From the NCBI GenBank assembly GCA_964555955.1, contig CAZKUM010000002.1:1-30368 (forward strand): 30,368 bases of DNA, read 5' to 3'. The DNA comes from an uncultured Candidatus Saccharibacteria bacterium. GTDB lineage: Bacteria; Patescibacteriota; Minisyncoccia; Minisyncoccales; Staskawiczbacteraceae. A program made the translations under genes and the position numbers. The notes below the pieces were generated by a model. It was not told where the DNA came from. It saw only the letters and a program-made list of their open reading frames with translations, and searched no databases. Shown here one piece after another: positions 17,192 to 23,860 of the stretch (its first letter is position 1; each line of letters opens with the position of its first letter).

Positions 17192-17214
17192 AAAATTGAC
17201 GGTCGTCAATAAAT
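17192..17214. repeat. Palindromic direct repeat, copy 2, downstream of the PaaX/Cas2-like gene
   Basis: Identical 23-mer AAAATTGACGGTCGTCAATAAAT. Confidence 0.92.
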
Positions 17215-17246
17215 AGACTTCAAGGGTATTAGAGATTTATTAATAG

Positions 17247-20200
17247 CTATGATTCCCGCGGAACAAGAATTTCTTGCGCGTCGTCGGCTACAATTTTAAT
17301 TTCGCCATTTCGGTCGTCAACGCGGCCGGCAACAAAAATTATTTTATTTTCTTGCAAAGCAACAGGATTTCTTTCTAAAAGATTTGGGAAAATTACAACT
17401 TCTGTTTTGCCGGTTAAATCTTCAAGTTTCATAAACAGCATTGGCTTGCCGTTTTTAGTGATAATTTTTTTAACAGAAGAAACTAACCCGCCAACAATAA
17501 TTTTTTTATTTACAAAACTTGCGTCAATTCTTGAAATTGGCGTTGTTTTATTTTCAAAAAGTTTTTTAAAGCCGTACAAAGGGTGCGAGCTAACGTAAAG
17601 CCCAAGCAGTTCTTTTTCCCAGCCCAGTTTTTCAAAGTTGCTGGCAGGCGTGGCCGGTTCTAATTTTATTTCACTATTGATTTTTACTCCAGCTGACGCA
17701 AAAAGCCCCATTTGGTTTGAATTATTGTTTTTGTTGTTTTCTCTTGCAATTTCAAGCATTTTTTCTAAGTTTGTCAGTAATTGGTTTCTTTCGGCAAACT
17801 CGTCAAAAGCTCCGGCTTTTATTAAAGCCTCCATTGATTTTTTGTTTAAATCTTTAGATTTTACTCTGTGTATAAAATCGCTAATAGATGCAAATTTTCC
17901 GTTTGCTTTTTTTTCTTCAACAACTGCGTCTATAATATTTACCCCAACATTTTTGATGGCTAATAAACCAAACCTAATTTGATTTTTGCCCTCAACAACT
18001 GTAAAGTTTTTTAAAGATTCATTTATGTTTGGAGGCAAAACTTCAACATTCATTTTTTTGCACTCGTCAATTAAAAAGGCAATTCTTTCAACATCTGTTC
18101 TTTCTGAAGTTAAAACTGAAGCCATAAATTCAACAGGGTAGTGAGCTTTTAAGTAGGCTGTTTGGTAGGCAATTGTGGCATAAGCTGCAGAGTGCGATTT
18201 GTTAAATCCGTAAGCTGCAAAAGGTAAAATCCATTGCCATAATTCTTCGCCAACTTTTTTTGAAGCGCCATTTTTTACAGCTCCTTCAATAAATTTTGTT
18301 TCTTGAGCGTCTAAAAGATTTTTAATTTTTTTACCAACAGCTTTTCTTAAAACATCAGCTTCGCCCAAAGTAAACCCGCAAACTTCCTGGGCAATTTTCA
18401 TAAGCTGTTCTTGATAAATGCAAATGCCCTGTGTTTCTTTTAATATGGACTCTAATTTTGGATGCAAGTATTCTATTTTTTGACCTCCATGCTTTCTTGA
18501 AATATAATCTGGAATAAATTGCATAGGGCCCGGGCGATATAAAGCTACCATAGCGGTAATATCTTCAAAAGTTGTAGGATGAAGTTCTTTTAAATATCTT
18601 TTCATGCCATCGCTTTCTAGCTGAAAAACAGAAGTTGTTATGGCATCTTGCAAAAGTTTAAAAGTTTTTGCGTCGTCATAAGGAATTTTATCTAAATCAA
18701 TTTTTAAATTATTATGCAAAACATAAATGCGAGCCAAGGTGTCTTCTATTATGGTAAGGTTTTTTAACCCTAAAAAGTCCATTTTTAAAAGGCCTAAGTC
18801 TTCAATGCTGTGCATTTCGTATTGAGTTATAATGCCTTCTTCAGACTGGGTTGACCTTTGCAATGGGACAGAGTTGGTTAAAGAGTCGGCCGAAATCACA
18901 ATTCCGCAGGCGTGAGTTGAAGCATGGCGGGCAACTCCTTCAAGTTTTTTGCCTAAATCAATTAAGCGTTTTGCCTGGTCATCCATTTTATACATATCTT
19001 TAAACTCTGAAACTTTTTCTAATGTTTCTGCCAAATCCATGCCAGTTGGAATCATTTTTGCCAGCGAGTCGCAATAAGAATAAGTGTACTGCAAAGCCCT
19101 GCCAACGTCGCGAATAACAGCGCGGGCCGCCATTGTTCCAAAAGTAATAATTTGGGCTACATGGTCTTGGCCGTATTTTTCTGCAACATATTTTATAACC
19201 TCGTCTCTTCTTCTGTCGGCAAAATCTAAATCAATATCAGGCATAGAAATTCTTTCAGGGTTTAAAAATCTTTCAAAAAGCAAATTATGTTTTAAAGGGT
19301 CAACATTAGTGATATTGGTTAAATAGGCAACTAATGAGCCGCCGGCAGAACCTCTGCCGGGCCCCACAATTATTCTGTTTTCTTTTGCCCAGTTTACAAA
19401 GTCTTGCACAATTAAAAAATATCCTGCAAAGCCGGTTTTTTTAATTACGGAAAGTTCATAATTCATTCTTTCAATAATTAGATTTCGGTCAATATTTTCG
19501 CCCGCCTGCAACGCCTTCGGCTCGACCGTCTCGCTACGAGAAGCGTTACGGGCGGGCGTAGCCGATGCGGGCAGGCCAAATCTTGTTTTAAGCCCTTGCC
19601 AGCAAAGTTCTTCTAAAAATTGTTCTGCTGTTTTTTCTTCTGGCAACGAGAAAGTAGGCAATTTTGTTTTACCAAGCTCAATTTGCAAATTACACAGATC
19701 GGCTATTTTTTGCGTGTTTTCAATTGCCTCTGGGGTGTCTTTAAAATGTTCATGCATCGCTTCAGGGCTTATCATTGAAAAATTATCTTGAGCCATAGAC
19801 AGCCTTTCTGGGTCGTTTGCGTCAGCTCCCGTGTTTATTAACATTAAAACATCTTGGGCTTCTGCGTCTTCTTTTCTTAAATAATGTATGTCGTTTGTGG
19901 CAACTAAAGGTATGCCGGTTTTTTTAGAAAGTTCTATAAGCCTTTTGTTTGCGGTTGCTTGTTCTGGTATATTGGCATGGTGCTGTAATTCTAAATAAAA
20001 GTTTCCTTTGCCAAAAAAGGATTCATATTTTTTTGCGGTTTCTTCAGCTTCTTCGTTTTTGTTAGACAAAAGAAGCCGTGGAATTTTTCCCTGAATGCAG
20101 GCGGATAACCCAATTAAGCCCTCGGCATATTGGCTTAAAAGTTCTTCATCTATTCTGGGCTTGTAATAAAAACCTTCTAAATGCGCTTTAGAAACAAGCT

Positions 20201-20507
20201 TAACCAAATTTTTATATCCCTGCTCATTTTTTGCCAGTAAAATTAAATGATGCCTTCTTGAGTCTATGTTTGGCCTTTTGTCTTGCATTTTGTCTATGGC
20301 AACATAAACTTCGCAACCTATAATTGGTTTTATTCCTTTTATTTTTGCTTTTTTAAAAAATTCAATAGCGCCATACATTACTCCGTGGTCGGTTAAGGCA
20401 ACAGAATCCATTCCAAGCTCTTTTACATAATCTAAAAGCTCGTCAATTTTTGGCAGGCCGTCAAGAAGGGAATAGTGGCTGTGAACATGTAAATGAGTAA
20501 ATTTCAT
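17247..20507 (-). CDS. dnaE: DNA polymerase III alpha subunit, with a ~25-aa palindrome-derived insert
   Basis: PHP domain HLHVHSHYSLLDG, GPGRGSAGGSL, FERFLNPERISMPDIDLDF, LLKMDFLGL, YGFNKSHSAAY and a C-terminal OB fold. Confidence 0.98.
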   Translation of the reverse strand: MKFTHLHVHSHYSLLDGLPKIDELLDYVKELGMDSVALTDHGVMYGAIEFFKKAKIKGIKPIIGCEVYVAIDKMQDKRPNIDSRRHHLILLAKNEQGYKNLVKLVSKAHLEGFYYKPRIDEELLSQYAEGLIGLSACIQGKIPRLLLSNKNEEAEETAKKYESFFGKGNFYLELQHHANIPEQATANKRLIELSKKTGIPLVATNDIHYLRKEDAEAQDVLMLINTGADANDPERLSMAQDNFSMISPEAMHEHFKDTPEAIENTQKIADLCNLQIELGKTKLPTFSLPEEKTAEQFLEELCWQGLKTRFGLPASATPARNASRSETVEPKALQAGENIDRNLIIERMNYELSVIKKTGFAGYFLIVQDFVNWAKENRIIVGPGRGSAGGSLVAYLTNITNVDPLKHNLLFERFLNPERISMPDIDLDFADRRRDEVIKYVAEKYGQDHVAQIITFGTMAARAVIRDVGRALQYTYSYCDSLAKMIPTGMDLAETLEKVSEFKDMYKMDDQAKRLIDLGKKLEGVARHASTHACGIVISADSLTNSVPLQRSTQSEEGIITQYEMHSIEDLGLLKMDFLGLKNLTIIEDTLARIYVLHNNLKIDLDKIPYDDAKTFKLLQDAITTSVFQLESDGMKRYLKELHPTTFEDITAMVALYRPGPMQFIPDYISRKHGGQKIEYLHPKLESILKETQGICIYQEQLMKIAQEVCGFTLGEADVLRKAVGKKIKNLLDAQETKFIEGAVKNGASKKVGEELWQWILPFAAYGFNKSHSAAYATIAYQTAYLKAHYPVEFMASVLTSERTDVERIAFLIDECKKMNVEVLPPNINESLKNFTVVEGKNQIRFGLLAIKNVGVNIIDAVVEEKKANGKFASISDFIHRVKSKDLNKKSMEALIKAGAFDEFAERNQLLTNLEKMLEIARENNKNNNSNQMGLFASAGVKINSEIKLEPATPASNFEKLGWEKELLGLYVSSHPLYGFKKLFENKTTPISRIDASFVNKKIIVGGLVSSVKKIITKNGKPMLFMKLEDLTGKTEVVIFPNLLERNPVALQENKIIFVAGRVDDRNGEIKIVADDAQEILVPRES
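19500..19575. repeat. Nested palindromic insert within dnaE (encodes LPASATPARNASRSETVEPKALQAG)
   Basis: GC-rich 75 nt with CCCGCC/GGCGGG arms and an inner TCTCG-TAG-CGAGA hairpin. Confidence 0.88.
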
Positions 20508-20561
20508 AAAATAATCCTAATCTACGAATTTATCCGAATGCAACAAATATCCGGATGCTTT

Positions 20562-20622
20562 ATTTTACTTTTTATGTTCTGCGCGGTCAACTATTGACAA
20601 TATATTATTTAGGGTGTATAAT
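20562..20622. promoter_or_regulatory. Back-to-back divergent promoters for dnaE (minus) and the small peptide (plus)
   Basis: Minus strand: TTGACC (20590-20585), 17 bp, TAAAAT. Plus strand: TTGACA (20594-20599), 17 bp, TATAAT (20617-20622). Confidence 0.8.
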
Positions 20623-20669
20623 TAAAATATAGGGAATCAAAACCTTAAATCCTGTTTTGGAGATGAAAG

Positions 20670-20795
20670 ATGACGGTTAAGGAATCGAAAGAAGTTAGGG
20701 GATCAAAGTGGGTTTTAGCTATGTTTATAGCTGCTTTTGCGGCTGTAATCTTGGGTATTGCCCATGCGGCGATTTGCCAGATGTTGGGAAAGTAG
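20670..20795 (+). CDS. Small hydrophobic peptide, 41 aa (below the ORF-track cutoff)
   Basis: MTVKESKEVRGSKWVLAMFIAAFAAVILGIAHAAICQMLGK; consensus promoter, GGAG 7 nt upstream, and a downstream terminator. Confidence 0.65.
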   Translation: MTVKESKEVRGSKWVLAMFIAAFAAVILGIAHAAICQMLGK

Positions 20796-20863
20796 GCAGG
20801 GACCCTCTCCTATAAGAGCGGTTCGCAAGATGGCCGGTTGAGCTTGTAGCTCCTGGCTGTCGG

Positions 20864-20901
20864 GGCCGTTGTGTGTCGCGCGACATGCAACGGCCTTTTT
20901 T
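20864..20901 (+). terminator. Long-stem intrinsic terminator
   Basis: GGCCGTTGTGTGTCG / CGACATGCAACGGCC (two G-U pairs) followed by T6. Confidence 0.85.
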
Positions 20902-20929
20902 ATTGCATATACAATGGTAAAATAAGAAA

Positions 20930-21550
20930 ATGATTTATCCAAATTTTGTTGAAGAAAAAAAATTATGGAAAAGGGGATATAGGTTTGTTGCCGGGTTAGA
21001 CGAAGCAGGCAGAGGGCCTTTGGCTGGCCCAGTTGTGGCTGCCGCCGTAATTATTTTAGATTATAAAAAAATAAAAATAAAAAATGTTAAAGATTCAAAA
21101 AAAATGACGCCAAAGGCGCGTGAAGAAATTTATGAAATTTTAACCAACCATCCGCATATTAAATGGGGGATTGGCATTGTTTCAGAAAGGTTGATAGATA
21201 AAATAAATATTTTAGAGGCAACAAAACTGGCTATGAAAAAATCAGTTAAAAATTTGAGCCCTGATTTTTTAGTTATAGACGGAAATTTTAATATTAATTC
21301 TGATATTCCTCAAAAATCTATAATAAAAGGAGATTTAAAAGTTTTTTCAATTTCTGCCGCATCAATTATTGCCAAAGTGACAAGAGACAGAATAATGCAT
21401 AATTTTCATAAAAAATATCCGCAATATGGGTTTGACAAGCACAAGGGATACGGCACAGCTCATCATTTTAAAATGATAAAAAAATACGGCCCGAGTAAAA
21501 TTCACAGAAAAAGTTTTTATCCAGTAAGTATTTTTATTGAGGCAAAATAA
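20930..21550 (+). CDS. rnhB: Ribonuclease HII
   Basis: VAGLDEAGRGPLAGPVVAAA, VKDSKK, VIDGN, IIKGD, ISAASIIAKVTRD, KHKGYGT and HRKSF. Confidence 0.98.
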   Translation: MIYPNFVEEKKLWKRGYRFVAGLDEAGRGPLAGPVVAAAVIILDYKKIKIKNVKDSKKMTPKAREEIYEILTNHPHIKWGIGIVSERLIDKINILEATKLAMKKSVKNLSPDFLVIDGNFNINSDIPQKSIIKGDLKVFSISAASIIAKVTRDRIMHNFHKKYPQYGFDKHKGYGTAHHFKMIKKYGPSKIHRKSFYPVSIFIEAK

Positions 21551-21586
21551 AAAGCCCTGATCGTCCATTAATCAGGGCATGTTTTT
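21549..21586. terminator. Bidirectional terminator between rnhB and the 656-aa gene
   Basis: GCCCTGAT-9 nt-ATCAGGGC, with flanking A- and T-rich tracts. Confidence 0.75.
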
Positions 21587-21588
21587 TA

Positions 21589-23559
21589 TTATTTCGCGGC
21601 AACTACTTCGGTCGCGTTTTTTGCATACGGCCAATACCTCCATTTGTAGGTCATTGACCGCCACTCGGTTTTCCAAGAGCTTGCAGTGAACTGTTGTTTT
21701 TTTACACCAGCAGTGCTTCCATACTTTTTTTTGGTTTCTTTTTCCCAGTTCGCCTCCATTTTTTTTCTGGTTTTTTCAACTTCCACAGATTTTTTTAATG
21801 GAGACAAATCCATATTTGTGCTGATTGGCTTTATGGCGGCGTACGAATCGCCAAATTTTAGTACAATTATCTTGTTTAAAGGAACTAATACCTGCGGCAA
21901 ACTTTTACCATTTCCATCGCGACAATTTGTTTGATTCCATCCTTTATATTCGTACTTAGAAGGGTCTGCAATCTTGCTGATATCAGTTTCGTCTATTAGG
22001 GCAAAGAATAAAAGCCCTTGGTTGCTGTTTTTTGATTCTTCTGTTTCCAGAAAAATAAAAATAGAGCCTTCAGGCATTGATGGCAACGGACCTGCTCCTC
22101 CTCGCCAAGCGGTTCTGATAGATCCAACCGTAAAGGCACAGATGCTAGGCCAAATATTTGACACTGACAATTTGTTTTTGCCAGATGTTGACGGAGGAAC
22201 GTTAGCAGGGGTTTTATCACCTGAAACCATCGGCATATTTGCTGTGAAAAACGGCGGGGTGCAGTAAAAGAATACTTCTGGAACAGAATCCAAGAGTATA
22301 CTTGAATGTCCAGCGTCCCACAGGTTTAAGCTGCCGTTTTCGTCTCTGAAAATAAAGACATCATTTATCCAGTGATGCCTGGTGCCTTTAATTCCAGTGG
22401 TGATCATTTCTGACTGGATTGTGAAAACATTGTTCACCGGCAAGTTGCGGAAAGAATATTTTGGATGTTTTACTAAGCCGCTTCTTTTAATGCCGTTTTT
22501 TATCTGTTCTCCGTCCAGTAAAAACATAATTCCTTCCGAAATAAAAGCGAGCCCTCCGTTTGGTTCTGGTTTCCATACTAATCCTTCGCAATTGCGAAGT
22601 TGCACAGGTATTTCATAAATTCCTGGGTGCAAATTTTTATAGACTTTTCCTGTCGCGCTGTCTCTTACATTTTTTTGGCTTTCACTTCTAATTTCAATAG
22701 GCCCCCATCCAAAAGGAGTCTGGTATATTACGGCAAACAATTCTTCTTCGGGTTTTTCAGTTGTAAGCCATGTTGCAAAATGCCCGTCTCTTCTAAATGA
22801 AAACCGTTTAATGCATTCGTTGCCCATAAGGCTTGCATTAGCTTCTATGTCATGCTCGGGTCCTATGGGAAAAATAGGGCTGTTAGGTTTTCCTGGATTG
22901 CTAAAATATTCCGGGTTTGTTCTGAAAGGCCAAACTGGAGCACAGAAATTAGTGTTTCCGCAGTATTGCCAAGCTGGCAGCAGCGGCATATTGCCATTAA
23001 TGTCTTTTTTAAAAAAGACAACTGCGTTGCATATATCTTTTTTCGCTATATATAGCGGCAAATACTGAGGGTAGTCCGAAGAGTATTTGCTGAACCAAAG
23101 CTTGTCTATATCGCTTCCAGGCTTTATGGGAACCATAGAATCGCCTGTTTTTTCAAACTCAAAAGATATATTGTTCCCGTTTTTGGAAACAACAATATTT
23201 TTGGCAGATTGCGGCAGAATCACACTTGTGGTTCCGTTTGCAATCTCTCTATCGTTTCCAATAGGCTTAAAAACAGTTCTCTCTAAAAGATATGGTTTTC
23301 CATTAGGCAGAAGCTTTATCCAAAGCTTGCGATCCCTTATCCAAAACAAAGTCGTTCCATCTTCTGAGATAGTAAAAGGGTCTTTGGCAGTTGTCTCATC
23401 AACGTCATCTGTAATTTTTGTTTGTTGTTTTGTTGTGAAATCGTAGTAAACGAGGTTTTTACCGCCAGAAAAAACAATACCTCCTGGGATTTCTTTTGCC
23501 TCGGCAAAAACACACAGAACCAAAACAAGCAAACAAGCCAACACAAAGTTCGTCTTCAT
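21589..23559 (-). CDS. Secreted hypothetical protein, 656 aa, possibly with an N-terminal TolB-like beta-propeller
   Basis: Signal peptide MKTNFVLACLLVLVLCVFAEA; repeats such as FTISEDGTTLFW and VVSKNGNNISF; AAGGAG SD. Confidence 0.8.
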   Translation of the reverse strand: MKTNFVLACLLVLVLCVFAEAKEIPGGIVFSGGKNLVYYDFTTKQQTKITDDVDETTAKDPFTISEDGTTLFWIRDRKLWIKLLPNGKPYLLERTVFKPIGNDREIANGTTSVILPQSAKNIVVSKNGNNISFEFEKTGDSMVPIKPGSDIDKLWFSKYSSDYPQYLPLYIAKKDICNAVVFFKKDINGNMPLLPAWQYCGNTNFCAPVWPFRTNPEYFSNPGKPNSPIFPIGPEHDIEANASLMGNECIKRFSFRRDGHFATWLTTEKPEEELFAVIYQTPFGWGPIEIRSESQKNVRDSATGKVYKNLHPGIYEIPVQLRNCEGLVWKPEPNGGLAFISEGIMFLLDGEQIKNGIKRSGLVKHPKYSFRNLPVNNVFTIQSEMITTGIKGTRHHWINDVFIFRDENGSLNLWDAGHSSILLDSVPEVFFYCTPPFFTANMPMVSGDKTPANVPPSTSGKNKLSVSNIWPSICAFTVGSIRTAWRGGAGPLPSMPEGSIFIFLETEESKNSNQGLLFFALIDETDISKIADPSKYEYKGWNQTNCRDGNGKSLPQVLVPLNKIIVLKFGDSYAAIKPISTNMDLSPLKKSVEVEKTRKKMEANWEKETKKKYGSTAGVKKQQFTASSWKTEWRSMTYKWRYWPYAKNATEVVAAK

Positions 23560-23582
23560 AGCATCAGCTCCTTAAAATGTTT

Positions 23583-23622
23583 GCCTTGTTAAATACGCCA
23601 GAAAGCGGTATTTAACGAGGCA
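23583..23622 (-). promoter_or_regulatory. Long hairpin in the 5' leader of the 656-aa gene
   Basis: GCCTTGTTAAATAC...GTATTTAACGAGGC (14 bp plus 2 bp), ending about 10 nt before the SD. Confidence 0.65.
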
Positions 23623-23703
23623 GGGTTGTCAAAGTGCCACACTATATTAACTATATGACGGCCTATAGTTTTGTCAAGTTTTATGGGTTTTTTTAAAAAA
23701 AAG

Positions 23704-23712
23704 TTATCCACA
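23704..23712 (+). promoter_or_regulatory. Single consensus DnaA box
   Basis: TTATCCACA. Confidence 0.55.
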
Positions 23713-23781
23713 GGCGTAAAGAATTGACACACTTGTTTTAGAAAATATAAAAAGTTAAAATAATAAAATATATGCATAATC

Positions 23782-23834
23782 GTTAAATTATTAAACTGTT
23801 AAATTATTAAATAACGTTATTTAATAATTTAACA
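23782..23834. repeat. Perfect 38-bp palindrome (23797-23834) plus an extra direct copy of its 14-bp arm (23782-23795)
   Basis: TGTTAAATTATTAAATAACGTTATTTAATAATTTAACA. Confidence 0.88.
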
Positions 23835-23860
23835 ACAAAACAATTTAGCAATTTAATAAA

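Noticed and set aside
16560-17214. CRISPR array or CRISPR-Cas locus
   Set aside because: Only two repeat copies separated by about 610 bp, and no cas1 or effector gene. A Cas2-like fold alone is not a CRISPR system.
17247-20507. Intein or intron in dnaE
   Set aside because: The only insert is 25 aa, with no Cys/Ser start, His-Asn end or LAGLIDADG motif, and total length is normal for DnaE.
20715-20942. Minus-strand 75-aa ORF from the track
   Set aside because: It crosses a terminator and the rnhB start. The plus-strand 41-aa ORF has the expression signals.
23704-23860. Replication origin call
   Set aside because: Only one consensus DnaA box, no dnaA or dnaN nearby, and skew cannot be judged from this window. 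Kept as a regulatory finding only.
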